A DNA stretch of 64,000 bases from Candidatus Micrarchaeota archaeon (GTDB lineage Archaea; Micrarchaeota; Micrarchaeia; Burarchaeales; JAKAKT01): assembly GCA_021813385.1 (NCBI GenBank), contig JAKAKT010000090.1, positions 2,867-66,866 of the forward strand, given 5' to 3'. Made by a program: the position numbers and the translations under genes. This document shows positions 26,270 through 36,690 of this stretch, one piece after another. Each line of letters opens with the position of its first letter. The first letter of the stretch is position 1. The notes below the pieces were generated by a model, which saw only the letters and a list, made by a program, of their open reading frames with translations, was not told the DNA's origin and made no database searches.

Positions 26270-27067
26270 TTATTTCAGGGTGCCGGATGCCCTCCAGCTG
26301 ACTCCCTTATAACTTGATATGCTTATGTCAGAAAACTCTTGTTCGTTAAGCCAGCCCGTTACTGTCTCTCGCTTAATGAAGAAAGTCCGGGGGGCGTTTA
26401 GCTTATCGAAAACATTTAATGCATTCATCTTGAACCCAATTTTTCTCCAGTTTTGGAAATAATAGAAGAATGGGAGAAAATTTAGCGGCAGCAAATAAAT
26501 CGTATAAACCGGGATGTAAACCAGGAGTGTTAAAAGAGTTGAAAAAAGGGAAAGCAAACGCTTCCCGATTTTTTGAAAAAAATATTTTTTTGAAAATTCG
26601 AGAAGCGTCCTGTTTAAGAAATTTCCCTCATAGGAATAGACCCACACAATCATCCTTCCGCCTTTTTTTAATGCTTTCTTGATGTTGTTGAATGAAGCCG
26701 TTGGGTCCTCGGTATGATGCAAAACCCCGATTGAATACACTATGTCAAACTTTCTGTCAAAATGGATTGTCCCTATGTCCCCCTCCATTATTTCGATGTT
26801 TTTTATATTCTTCGTTTTTTCCCTTGCTATGTCCGCGGTGTTCAAATCAACCCCGACGGCTCTCCTGCAATTCTGGGCAACCAGGATAAGGTGGTCCCCT
26901 CCCCCGCATCCGCAGTCCAGAACGTCCGTCCCTGCAAAGTCTTTCAGTTCGTTGGGCTGAATCCATTCGGAAAAAAGAAAGCTGTTGTCATTGGTGAAAT
27001 TATTCCACTGCCAGTGCCATTCGTCTTGTTTCTTCTGCATATGCTCCCCCAATCCCATAGCGAACAA
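26270..27067 (-). CDS. class I SAM-dependent methyltransferase
   Basis: VLDCGCGGGDH motif I; acidic motif II downstream. Confidence 0.7.
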   Translation of the reverse strand: MFAMGLGEHMQKKQDEWHWQWNNFTNDNSFLFSEWIQPNELKDFAGTDVLDCGCGGGDHLILVAQNCRRAVGVDLNTADIAREKTKNIKNIEIMEGDIGTIHFDRKFDIVYSIGVLHHTEDPTASFNNIKKALKKGGRMIVWVYSYEGNFLNRTLLEFSKKYFFQKIGKRLLSLFSTLLTLLVYIPVYTIYLLPLNFLPFFYYFQNWRKIGFKMNALNVFDKLNAPRTFFIKRETVTGWLNEQEFSDISISSYKGVSWRASGTLK

Positions 27068-27146
27068 AGTGATGCGAGCCTCGATGTGCTTGAATCTGAT
27101 GCCAAAAGTTTTATCTACTTTTCATTTACTTATTGGTGCGATTAGC

Positions 27147-28004
27147 ATGCTTTCCATAATAATTCCGGTTTATAACGAGGAGGGCGGGATAAAGGACACT
27201 ATAAGCCGGGTTCTGGCAGTCATAAAAAAAATTGATGCAAAGACGGAAGTAATTTGTGTAGACGACGGGTCCCGGGATAAATCTGCCGGAATAATAATGG
27301 GGTTCAAGGACGTAAAACTCATCAGGCATAAGATAAACCGCGGTTATGGCGCATCCCTGAAAGATGGCATATCTGAGGCTAAGGGGGAGTACATAGCGAT
27401 AACGGATGCGGATGGAACGTACCCCATAGAGGACTTGCCAAAGCTATTCGAAGGGATGGACGAGTATGACATGGTAATTGGCTCGAGGACCGGGGGCAAT
27501 GTCAAGGTCCCGTTGCTCAGAAGGCCCATAAAAGCTGTATTGAACTGGACAGCGAGCTATATCGCCGGGAGGACAATCCCGGACCTGAACTCTGGGTTCA
27601 GGATTTTCAAAAAAGACCTTGCGCTAAAGTATTGGCACCTGTTTCCGGACGGATTTTCCTTCACGTCCACCTTGACCATGGCTGCCTTGACGAATCAGTT
27701 TGCTGTGAAATTTGTCCCAATCGATTATAACGAACGGATTGGCGCTTCGACAATTCACCCGATAAAGGACACGATACGGTTTGGGAATCTGCTTTTCATG
27801 TTGGCGGTTTATTTCAAGCCAATGAAAGTTTTTCTCCCGATAGCAGTAATGTTCCTTATGCTTGCCCTGGTAAGGGGTTATCGGGACCTCGTTGTGGTGA
27901 GTAGCCTGGGCAATCTTGCGATGGCTTTCTTCATCCTCTCTGTACAGACTTTCTTTTTCGGCGTCTTGGCGGAGATGATAAACAAGCGCGCATCTAGCAG
28001 ATAA
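27147..28004 (+). CDS. GT2 family glycosyltransferase (dolichyl-phosphate sugar synthase-like)
   Basis: SIIIPVYNEEGGI ... VDDGSRD ... TDADG (DxD) motifs. C-terminal TM helices. Start at ATG 27147; the upstream extension is rejected. Confidence 0.8.
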   Translation: MLSIIIPVYNEEGGIKDTISRVLAVIKKIDAKTEVICVDDGSRDKSAGIIMGFKDVKLIRHKINRGYGASLKDGISEAKGEYIAITDADGTYPIEDLPKLFEGMDEYDMVIGSRTGGNVKVPLLRRPIKAVLNWTASYIAGRTIPDLNSGFRIFKKDLALKYWHLFPDGFSFTSTLTMAALTNQFAVKFVPIDYNERIGASTIHPIKDTIRFGNLLFMLAVYFKPMKVFLPIAVMFLMLALVRGYRDLVVVSSLGNLAMAFFILSVQTFFFGVLAEMINKRASSR

Positions 28005-28037
28005 CGGGCCAGTCATCGTAATTCGGGCTGTGGTTGA

Positions 28038-29885
28038 ATGTGCGGGATTTGCGGGTTCGATAAACCTGATAAAAAGCTAATTAAGAGAATGGCGGACCTC
28101 ATGCGCCACAGGGGGCCGGATGATTCCGGAACGTTCGTGGATTCTTCGGTTTCGCTTGGGCATCGAAGGCTTAGCATCATCGACCTTAGCGAACACGGCA
28201 AGCAACCAATGTGCAATGAGGATGGAACAATCTGGCTTGTTTTCAATGGCGAGGTTTATAATTTCAAAGAGTTGAGGAAAACCCTTAAGTCACATAAATT
28301 TTCGTCTAATACCGACAGCGAGGTACTGATTCACCTCTACGAGGACTTTGGCTTGCGGATGCCAGAGATGTTGGAAGGGATGTTCGCCTATTGCATTTAT
28401 GACTCAGATAAGAAAAAGCTCTTTCTTGCAAGGGATAATTTTGGCATAAAGCCGCTTTATTACTATTATGATGGAGCCAATTTCGCCTTCGCTTCCGAGA
28501 TGAGGCCGATACTCGCGTTTGGCATAAAGCTGGAGATTAATCCTTTCGCATTCAATCAGTTCATCAGCATGCGGTATGTCTATTCCCGAGAGTCCATATT
28601 CAAGAATGTGTTCAGGGTGCTGCCGGGCCATATGGTGACAATTGACTTGAAGAACCGAAAGCTTGAGGACCGGGAATACTGGAGGCTTCCTGGGTTGAGC
28701 CCCTCGACTCCAAACGCTTCGCCCAGTGGGTTGCTGGAAAAAATAAATAAATCCGTTGAATCGATGCTTGTTGCCGACGTCCCGATAGGGGTATTTCTAA
28801 GTGGCGGAATCGATTCAAGCGCCATAGTTGCCTTAATGAGGGGGGCATCGAAGGATTCCGAAATCAAGACTTACTCGATAGGCTTCGAATACGGGGAGGG
28901 AGTGAACGAAACACCGTATGCTAAGGAAGTGAGCGAGCTCTTTGGCACCAGGCACACTGAATTCGTTCTGCCGGCTGATTCGTTTAAGGAGCTGCCCAAG
29001 CTTTGCGGTTATTTGAGCGAACCCATGGCGGACCCGGCACTGCTTCCGCTCTTTTACCTTTCCCGTTTCGCTTCGAAACATGTCAAAGTGGTGCTGACAG
29101 GAGACGGGGCGGATGAACTGTTTGGGGGGTATGACCAGTATAGGATATTATCGACGCAGGAGAAACTGAGGAATTTCCGGTTCTTGCTGAATAACGGGCT
29201 AGCCCGAACTGCGATGTCGAAAATTCCCTATTCTGTATTGGATAGGATTTATCGCTATTCCTCGGATTTGGGGGAAATGGGCAGGAGGCGGGCCATTGAC
29301 ATAATCACTTCGAAAAACATGCAAGAGGCGTATTTCAATGTTTTCAATGCCTTCTCATCCGAAGAGAGGAAGCTCCTTTTAGGGAAGAATTACGCTGATG
29401 TCGCAGAGCAATTTGAAATGCGCACGATGGAGGATGTTTTGAAATTCGATTTCTCGAAATTGCTTCCAGAAGGGTATCTGATGAAGACCGACTCGATGAC
29501 GATGGCAAATTCGCTGGAAGCAAGAGTGCCGTATCTTGGCCGTGAACTCGCGGGATACGTACTGGGCCTACCCCTTGGCCTTAAGCTCCGGGGGGGCACC
29601 ACTAAGTATCTGTTCAAGAAGTCTATGGAGGGAACTCTTGCGAATGGCATCGTATATAGGAAAAAGCAGTCCTTTCACCTGCCCATAGACAAATGGATTG
29701 GCAATGAACTGATGCCGCAGGTCGAGGAATACCTCTCCCCGTCAGAGATAAAGGCCCACGGGCTTTTCGATTACGAACATATAAAAAAGATAAAAGAGAA
29801 TTTCTCCAGTTCAAGACTGTATTATGCTCGGCAGCTATGGAATCTGCTCACGTTCCAAATGTGGTATAATTCGTTTCGTGATTAG
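28038..29885 (+). CDS. asnB: asparagine synthase (glutamine-hydrolysing) family protein
   Basis: N-terminal MCGICG Ntn-amidotransferase start; SGGIDSS PP-loop. Confidence 0.85.
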   Translation: MCGICGFDKPDKKLIKRMADLMRHRGPDDSGTFVDSSVSLGHRRLSIIDLSEHGKQPMCNEDGTIWLVFNGEVYNFKELRKTLKSHKFSSNTDSEVLIHLYEDFGLRMPEMLEGMFAYCIYDSDKKKLFLARDNFGIKPLYYYYDGANFAFASEMRPILAFGIKLEINPFAFNQFISMRYVYSRESIFKNVFRVLPGHMVTIDLKNRKLEDREYWRLPGLSPSTPNASPSGLLEKINKSVESMLVADVPIGVFLSGGIDSSAIVALMRGASKDSEIKTYSIGFEYGEGVNETPYAKEVSELFGTRHTEFVLPADSFKELPKLCGYLSEPMADPALLPLFYLSRFASKHVKVVLTGDGADELFGGYDQYRILSTQEKLRNFRFLLNNGLARTAMSKIPYSVLDRIYRYSSDLGEMGRRRAIDIITSKNMQEAYFNVFNAFSSEERKLLLGKNYADVAEQFEMRTMEDVLKFDFSKLLPEGYLMKTDSMTMANSLEARVPYLGRELAGYVLGLPLGLKLRGGTTKYLFKKSMEGTLANGIVYRKKQSFHLPIDKWIGNELMPQVEEYLSPSEIKAHGLFDYEHIKKIKENFSSSRLYYARQLWNLLTFQMWYNSFRD

Positions 29886-31262
29886 ATGGAAAAGGTCCTG
29901 TTGTTTAATCCGCCCTATGAAAAGGACATCGTCCTTAGGGATTACGCTTGCTCAGAAAAAAGCAAGGCCGATTACAACTGGCCCCCGATAGACCTCCTGG
30001 CCATGAGCGGATTGCTGAAGGACCACTTCGATGTGCACGTTCTTGATTCGGTTGCCATTGGGCAGGGGCGCCAAGAAGCAATCGAGTATGTCAAAAAGCT
30101 CGCCCCAAAACACGTCATATCGCTCACAGGGTCGGTGTCTTTGAAAGGGGATATGGCGTTGCTCGAGGAAGTGAAGAGGCAGGCCGGCTGCTCGGTTTAT
30201 GTCACTGGCGACGTACCGGTTTTCGAATCCGCCGAGTTGCTGAAATACTTCGGGTTCATTGATGCGGCGATACTTGACTTTACCTCACCGGGAATTGTTC
30301 CGCTGCTTAATGGGGAAAAAAACCTCCAGGATGTCATTGTAAGGAGAGGGAAGAAAATAATTCAATTCGAGCAAAGCAAGCGGGCGTCCTTTGAATACCC
30401 GATACCAATGCATGAGAAGTTCCCGCTGGATAAATACTCGCTTCCTTTCTCGAGATACAGCCCCATGACGTCCGTACTAACTAACGTATTCGGCTGCCCG
30501 TACAAGTGCACTTTCTGCTCATCGAACAAACTGGCGTTCAAATACAGGAAAATCGAGAATGTCATGGAGGAGCTTGAGCACGTCAATTCAATGGGATTGA
30601 AGGAGGTCTATTTCAGGGATTTCACATTCACTGTAAATGAAAACAGGGTCAGGGACATTTGCAATGGGATGATAGAAAGAAAGCTGGATTTCATATGGTG
30701 GTGCGAGGGGCGGTTCGACAATGTGAATGAGGAACTGCTGAAGCTCATGGCAAAGGCCGGCTGCTACCTGATATTTTTCGGAGTCGAATCCGGCGTCCAG
30801 TCAATACTGGATAAGACGAATAAGGGGATTACGCTCAATGACGTTGAGAAAAAACTCAAGCTTTGCTCGAAATACGGGATAGAGACCCTTTGCTCTTACA
30901 TTCTCGGGCTGCCGTGGGACACTGAGCAAACCATAAATGAGACCATAGAATTCGCTGCGAACAGCGGCTGTGATTATGCGTCATTCAACACTTATGTGCC
31001 AAGATACGGCTCGTCCTTGAGAGAGATTGTCGGGCCGGGGAAATTCGACGTCTCCGAAGCGGAGAAGCTCGACTCATCCGAAGAGCCCAGCATTTCAGTG
31101 AGCATCGACAGCGAGAGATTGGGCGCCCTCAGGAAAAAAGCCATAAGGAGGTTCTACATGAGGCCGGGTTATATCGCAAAGAGATTTTTTAGATTGCGGA
31201 CTTCCCACCAGTTCGAGACTTTGATTAAGAACGGATTGGCTGTTTTAAAGAGAACGTTTTAG
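29886..31262 (+). CDS. B12-binding domain radical SAM protein
   Basis: CPYKCTFCSS (CxxxCxxC) radical SAM cluster preceded by a B12-binding-like N-terminal domain. Adjacent to asnB-like and GT genes. Confidence 0.7.
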   Translation: MEKVLLFNPPYEKDIVLRDYACSEKSKADYNWPPIDLLAMSGLLKDHFDVHVLDSVAIGQGRQEAIEYVKKLAPKHVISLTGSVSLKGDMALLEEVKRQAGCSVYVTGDVPVFESAELLKYFGFIDAAILDFTSPGIVPLLNGEKNLQDVIVRRGKKIIQFEQSKRASFEYPIPMHEKFPLDKYSLPFSRYSPMTSVLTNVFGCPYKCTFCSSNKLAFKYRKIENVMEELEHVNSMGLKEVYFRDFTFTVNENRVRDICNGMIERKLDFIWWCEGRFDNVNEELLKLMAKAGCYLIFFGVESGVQSILDKTNKGITLNDVEKKLKLCSKYGIETLCSYILGLPWDTEQTINETIEFAANSGCDYASFNTYVPRYGSSLREIVGPGKFDVSEAEKLDSSEEPSISVSIDSERLGALRKKAIRRFYMRPGYIAKRFFRLRTSHQFETLIKNGLAVLKRTF

Positions 31263-31317
31263 GGTTAGCGAGTTTCTTGAAGGATGGGAGACGGGAAGCG
31301 CGAGCCTGCCTGAAAAA

Positions 31318-31674
31318 TCATTTTTCTATTCTATAGACTGCTAGGTCAAGCTTCGACCAGCGCTCGGAAAATATGCCCCTGCTTGCATATGTCTTGTTTA
31401 GGATTTGGGTTGTCTTATGACTCCGGAGAATGCGGTTTGCAAGCTCTTTGTCTTCTGGGGCGGGATATTCCCTGAAAACTGCCAAGTAAGCCGAGCCGTG
31501 GGCCCCTATTGCTGCTGATATGTGCTCATAGCTGTTGTCGTACCCGTATTTGGAATGGATTTTCCCGACATCCAGATAGTCCCGTTTTCCTAGATCGTCC
31601 TGGAGAAGGTACGCCAGGCCATCCCCAATGATTAAGGAGCCCTCATCGGTTGCTGAGTACAAGTCGTTGACCAA
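31318..31674 (-). pseudogene. probable C-terminal fragment of the upstream GT-C glycosyltransferase (frame-shifted)
   Basis: Open frame begins right after the stop of 31632-32771, in a different frame. The combined length (~500 aa) matches the intact paralog at 37254-38720 (488 aa). Confidence 0.35.
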
Positions 31675-32771
31675 ATCGAGGTTCCTCCGCTGTTCCCGTT
31701 ATTTATTGCCATTATCGCTCCGGAGCAGAAGAGCAGTAAGATTCCGGAGATTATATAAAGAATATCCAGTTTGATGAATCTCTTTGCTGCGTTCTCCAAC
31801 CAAGCAGCGTAATCTATTAGCATCAGCGGGATGACCGGCAGCAGGTACCGGTAACAGGAGAATATGGAAAATCTCGGAAGGAGAACCCAGGTTGAAACCA
31901 ACCAGAAGAGGGTAAACACTAGGTATGCCAAAACCGAGAGCAGCGTGCTTTTGTCTCTTTTAATGGCGTTGGCGATGAAGCCTGGAAGCATTGCCGGGTA
32001 TAGAACGGTAAGATAGATTGTAGTGAGCACAATGTTCAGGAGCAGGAATTCCGGGAGGTCTGATAGGCTAATGAACAGGCCTCCTTCTTGCTGGAAGTAG
32101 GAGTATCCCCCAAAAAACAGTGACCCGGTGACGTAGTAGTTGAATGCCAAGTATAAGATGAAGAACGGCGCTAGCATAGCTCCCGAGAGAATGGCTCTTT
32201 TTTTGTTGGAGAAAAACTCAAGAACCAGCAATGGAAGGAAAAACGCCAGCCCAGCAGGCCGTACCAAGAAAGAAAGGCCGAAGAAAAGCGGGGAGAGCCA
32301 GTAATGTTTTGAGAACTTGAGGTAATAGAACCCAGCGAAAAGCAGCACTGCCAATGGATAATCGCTGTATATCCTCTGATTGAAATAAACGAAAACTGGG
32401 AAAAATAAGTAAATGATGCTGGAGAGCGGGTTCAATCCGAGCTGCTTCACGATTCTGTAGAAAAGGAAGAAGCCGAACGCATGGAGCAGGAGGCCGACCA
32501 TGAAAGAAGCATGGATTCCGAAAATTATTGCCGGGAGGAGCAATAATGACTGGCCCGGCGGGTACATGCTGAAATACCTGGCCCCGTTGCTCACGAAGAG
32601 ATAACCCAGTTCATCTGATTCCAGCCAGAGCTTTCCGTGCAGGAACAGCGAAGCTGCCCGGAGATATTGGGATTCATCGTTATCCAGGTAATATTTTGGG
32701 TAGAACGTAAGAAACAGGAGAACATATAACACGAAAAACGCAACAAGCGCCTGCTTTGAATCGATTTTCAT
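31632..32771 (-). CDS. GT-C family glycosyltransferase (PMT_2/ArnT-like), apparently truncated
   Basis: Polytopic membrane protein with an N-terminal DNDESQYLRAA acidic-loop motif, characteristic of ArnT/PMT-type GT-C enzymes. Confidence 0.55.
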   Translation of the reverse strand: MKIDSKQALVAFFVLYVLLFLTFYPKYYLDNDESQYLRAASLFLHGKLWLESDELGYLFVSNGARYFSMYPPGQSLLLLPAIIFGIHASFMVGLLLHAFGFFLFYRIVKQLGLNPLSSIIYLFFPVFVYFNQRIYSDYPLAVLLFAGFYYLKFSKHYWLSPLFFGLSFLVRPAGLAFFLPLLVLEFFSNKKRAILSGAMLAPFFILYLAFNYYVTGSLFFGGYSYFQQEGGLFISLSDLPEFLLLNIVLTTIYLTVLYPAMLPGFIANAIKRDKSTLLSVLAYLVFTLFWLVSTWVLLPRFSIFSCYRYLLPVIPLMLIDYAAWLENAAKRFIKLDILYIISGILLLFCSGAIMAINNGNSGGTSIWSTTCTQQPMRAP

Positions 32772-32913
32772 TTCGAAGCCCTTTTGGTTGATGAGTTTAT
32801 ATGATTACGACACCTATTCAAACATTTCTGTCATAAATGATGGGGAGTTGGCTGAGTTTAAGCGCTCGGCCCCAAATGGATTGGCAGGATGAACACTCGG
32901 GGTTTCGTACAAT

Positions 32914-33168
32914 ATGCTCAAGAAAATCATAATTTTCGTGGATGAGGGCTTTTGCTGGGAAGACGAGCTCGCCCGGGAATTCGGGATTGGAAAGGAGGAA
33001 CTCGAACCCGAGCTCGACGAGCTTTGCAAAAAGGGCTACCTGAAAGTCATCGAGACTAATGCGAAGGGGATGTGCGCTGCTGGGGAGAACATGCGGGACG
33101 ACGCAGGAGTCGGGAGGAAATTCGCCCTCACCGGGAAGGGAAAAGGTTTTATTAGTAGGAGATTGTGA
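32914..33168 (+). CDS. small hypothetical protein (possible winged-helix)
   Basis: 84-aa ORF upstream of glyA. ELAREFGIGKEELEPELDELCKKGYLKV resembles a wHTH. Confidence 0.3.
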   Translation: MLKKIIIFVDEGFCWEDELAREFGIGKEELEPELDELCKKGYLKVIETNAKGMCAAGENMRDDAGVGRKFALTGKGKGFISRRL

Positions 33169-33226
33169 GCACCCACCATTCAACTTATATTATTTCTTCC
33201 CCTAATTGGGTTCAGGAGGGTGGATT

Positions 33227-34462
33227 ATGTTAAGCACGAGTGATCCTGAGATTTCAAAATTGTTAAAGTCTGAACTTGAGAGGCAGAAGAAGACATTGGG
33301 CCTTATTGCGAGCGAGAACTACTGCTCGATGGCTGTTCTTCAAGCGCAGGGCTCGGTCCTTTCGAACAAGTATTCCGAGGGATACCCGAAGAAAAGGTAT
33401 TACGCGGGAAACCAGTTCGTGGATGATGTCGAGACTATTGCGATTGAACGGGCGAAGAGGCTCTTCGGGGCAGAGCACGCGAATGTCCAGCCCCACGCGG
33501 GGGCGATTGCGAACCTCGCGGCGTATGTTGCGCTCCTGGAACTCGGGGACAAGCTGATGACGCTCTCGCTCGCGCAGGGCGGGCACCTCACCCACGGCTC
33601 CCCGGTCAATTTCTCCGGGAAATGGTACAAGATAATACATTACGAGCTCGACCCTGAGACGAGCATGCTGAATTACGATTCAATAGAGAAGCTCGCAAAA
33701 GAGCAGAAGCCGAAGGCGATTCTCTGCGGCTACACCGCCTACCCCAGAACCATAGACTTCAAGAGGTTCAGGGAGATTGCCGACAGCTCCGGGGCGCTCA
33801 TGATTGCGGATATGGCGCACATCGCAGGACTCGTCGCAGGAGGGGCCCACCCGAGCCCCGTCCCGTATGCGGATGTTGTCACGAGCACCACCCACAAGAC
33901 CCTGAGGGGCCCGAGGGGCGCGTTCATACTTTCAAAAGAAAAGCACGCGAAATCTGTGGACAAGGCCCTATTTCCGGGAATCCAGGGGGGACCATTCGAC
34001 CACTCGATTGCTGCGAAAGCCGTATGCTTCGGGGAAGCGATGAAGCTGGAGTTCAAGGATTACGCGATTCAGATAGTGAAGAACGCGAAAGCGCTGGCGA
34101 ACGAGCTGATGGGGCTCGGTTACGACCTGGTCTCCGGCGGGACTGACAACCACCTGATGCTCGTGGACTTGACGAGGAAGGGGGTTTCAGGGAAGGACGC
34201 GCAGGACGCTCTCGAGAAAGCCGGGATAATCCTGAACAAGAACATGGTCCCGAAGGACACGCGCTCCCCATTCATCACAAGCGGGCTGCGGATTGGGACG
34301 CCCGTCCTCACAACAAGAGGGATGAAAGAGGGCGAGATGAAGGATGTTGCGAGATTGATTGACCGGGTCTTGACGAACATTGGGGACGCGGGCACGATAA
34401 CGAAGGTAAAAACTGAAGTCGTAGAGTTGTGCGAGAGGTTCCCGGCATATAAGGAATTGTGA
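33227..34462 (+). CDS. glyA: serine hydroxymethyltransferase
   Basis: Colinear with SHMT throughout, including the TTHKTLRGPRG PLP-lysine region. GGAGGG RBS before ATG 33227. Confidence 0.9.
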   Translation: MLSTSDPEISKLLKSELERQKKTLGLIASENYCSMAVLQAQGSVLSNKYSEGYPKKRYYAGNQFVDDVETIAIERAKRLFGAEHANVQPHAGAIANLAAYVALLELGDKLMTLSLAQGGHLTHGSPVNFSGKWYKIIHYELDPETSMLNYDSIEKLAKEQKPKAILCGYTAYPRTIDFKRFREIADSSGALMIADMAHIAGLVAGGAHPSPVPYADVVTSTTHKTLRGPRGAFILSKEKHAKSVDKALFPGIQGGPFDHSIAAKAVCFGEAMKLEFKDYAIQIVKNAKALANELMGLGYDLVSGGTDNHLMLVDLTRKGVSGKDAQDALEKAGIILNKNMVPKDTRSPFITSGLRIGTPVLTTRGMKEGEMKDVARLIDRVLTNIGDAGTITKVKTEVVELCERFPAYKEL

Positions 34463-34560
34463 GAAGTGAGGTGTAGCGAGAAGTGCCGGGCCTGAGCGGG
34501 GCGTCGATGATTGCTTGCGCAAGGCTGTGACCGGTTCGCGGATGCGGGTATGTTGGGATT

Positions 34561-35403
34561 ATGGCGACTGTAATAGACGGGCGGATGGTTGCAGGAGAGG
34601 TCCTGGACGGCGTAGCTGCAGAGATATCCAAGACAGGGCTCAAGCCGAGGCTCGCAATCGTGATGGTCGGGAACGACCCTGGCTCGCAAATCTACGTGAG
34701 GCTCAAGGAGAAGGCTTGCGCGAGGGTCGGAATCGTTTCAACGAACTATTTCCTGCCCGAGAACACGAAGCAGGAAGAGCTGCTCAAGCTCGTGAAAAAG
34801 CTCAACAAGGGGCCGGACAACGGAATCCTTGTCCAGATACCGCTCCCGAAGCACATCGACCCTGAGGTCATCCTTGAGGCTGTCGACCCTGAGAAGGATA
34901 TTGACGGCCTGACTGAGCAGAACCTCGGGAGGCTCTTCTTCGGGACAAACCCGTATCCACCGTGCACTCCGGGGGGGGTGCTAAAGCTCCTGGACAGGTA
35001 TGGGGTCAACATTGAGGGAAAGGACGTGGTGATGGTCGGGAGAAGCAAAATTGTCGGGAAGCCAATCGCGATGATGCTCACGAACAAGAATGCAACTGTA
35101 ACTTTATGCCACTCGAAAACCAGGAATCTCGCAGGCCATGCGAGGCGCGCTGAGATATTGGTTGTTGCTGTCGGAAGGCCGAAGATGTTTACGGCCGACA
35201 TGGTCCGCGAAGGGGCGGTTGTCATTGATGTCGGGATAAACAGACTAGACGGAAAAGTTGTCGGGGACGTCGATTTTGAAAGCGTGAAGGGGAAGGCGTC
35301 GTTCATTACCCCTGTCCCCGGGGGAGTCGGGCCGATGACAATCGCGATGCTTATGAAGAACACCCTTCGGGCCTGCCAGAGGCAGGCCAAGACGAAAGGC
35401 TGA
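34561..35403 (+). CDS. folD: bifunctional methylenetetrahydrofolate dehydrogenase / methenyl-THF cyclohydrolase
   Basis: MATVIDGR...; YVRLKEKAC, PGGVGPMT and other FolD blocks. Confidence 0.9.
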   Translation: MATVIDGRMVAGEVLDGVAAEISKTGLKPRLAIVMVGNDPGSQIYVRLKEKACARVGIVSTNYFLPENTKQEELLKLVKKLNKGPDNGILVQIPLPKHIDPEVILEAVDPEKDIDGLTEQNLGRLFFGTNPYPPCTPGGVLKLLDRYGVNIEGKDVVMVGRSKIVGKPIAMMLTNKNATVTLCHSKTRNLAGHARRAEILVVAVGRPKMFTADMVREGAVVIDVGINRLDGKVVGDVDFESVKGKASFITPVPGGVGPMTIAMLMKNTLRACQRQAKTKG

Positions 35404-35418
35404 TTTTTTAGTGGTTTT

Positions 35419-36690
35419 ATGGGCTGCACCTACGAGGAGGCTCTCGAGAGGCTTTACTCCTTGGCACGCGCGCTTCCTCCGCGCCAGTATCTCCGGGGGA
35501 TGAAAAAGCTGCTTAATGGGTTAGGGAACCCGCAGGAAGATTTTGAGTCAATAATCGTTACCGGAACCAACGGGAAGGGGTCTGTCACTGCAATGACTGC
35601 AAGCGCTTTGAGGAGAGAGGGACTTAAGACTGGCAGGTATGTTTCCCCTCACATCGATGATTTCAGGGAAAGGATATGCATAAATGAAAAGATGATTCCA
35701 AAAAATAGAGTTGCAGAGCTGTATGAAACGATTTGGAGAAAAACGAGAGCAGGCGAGCCAGTGACATTTTTTGAGTTCATCACTTCAATGATGTTCCAGT
35801 TTTTTTCAGAAGAAGAGGTCGATTGTGCTGTTCTGGAAGTGGGGCTTGGCGGTAGGCTGGATGCGACAAATTTGGCACGCTCAAAATTGGGTGCGATAAC
35901 GGGAATCGGGCTCGAGCATACGGATGTTCTTGGACGGACTCTTTCTGCAATTGCGAAAGAAAAGGCGGGGATTGCCAGGAAAGGCGGGGCGCTTGTGACT
36001 GCCGAAGAGAAAAAAGAGCCGCTGGGGGTTATCGGGGCAGTTTGCCGGGATAAGCGAGCGAGGCTCTTTGGGGTCGGGAAGGACATAACTTTCAAGCGAA
36101 TTGCGTGCACGAGCGAGCGAAATGAGTATGCGATAAGGGGGCTTAACGGAACTTATTTGATTTCACTATCGATGCTAGGGGCGCACCAAGGGAGGAATGC
36201 TGCTGTGGCTGCTGGGCTGGCGGGGTTGATGGGTGCTGGCGAGGAGGCGATTGAACGTGGAATTGGCGAGGCGAAGCTCCCTTGCAGGCTTGAAGTGGTT
36301 TCGAGAAACCCAGTCACCGTTATGGACTGCGCGCATAACCCCCAGGCGGCAAAGGAGTTGTCGCGCTCTTTGGGGTTGTTCGATTACGAAAAACTCGTTT
36401 TGGTTGTTGGAATGATGAAGGACAAGGACCAAGCGGGTTTCCTTGAGGAACTGGCGCCAAAAGCGGATTATTTGGTATTAAACGAGCCGGACTACGGGCG
36501 GGCGATGCCCCTGGGCGGGTTGTTTGAAATCGGAAGAGGGTCCTGCGACAAAGTTATTGGAGTCAAGGATGTCCGAACCTCGATCGAAATGGCGAAATCC
36601 CTCGCAGGCGGAAATGACTTAATATGCATAGCCGGCTCAATTTACATGCTGTCCGAGGCGCGGGGCCATAAGAGCGGTGTTACCCAATGA
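35419..36690 (+). CDS. folC: folylpolyglutamate synthase / dihydrofolate synthase (Mur ligase family)
   Basis: VTGTNGKGSV P-loop of Mur ligase/FolC. Confidence 0.8.
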   Translation: MGCTYEEALERLYSLARALPPRQYLRGMKKLLNGLGNPQEDFESIIVTGTNGKGSVTAMTASALRREGLKTGRYVSPHIDDFRERICINEKMIPKNRVAELYETIWRKTRAGEPVTFFEFITSMMFQFFSEEEVDCAVLEVGLGGRLDATNLARSKLGAITGIGLEHTDVLGRTLSAIAKEKAGIARKGGALVTAEEKKEPLGVIGAVCRDKRARLFGVGKDITFKRIACTSERNEYAIRGLNGTYLISLSMLGAHQGRNAAVAAGLAGLMGAGEEAIERGIGEAKLPCRLEVVSRNPVTVMDCAHNPQAAKELSRSLGLFDYEKLVLVVGMMKDKDQAGFLEELAPKADYLVLNEPDYGRAMPLGGLFEIGRGSCDKVIGVKDVRTSIEMAKSLAGGNDLICIAGSIYMLSEARGHKSGVTQ

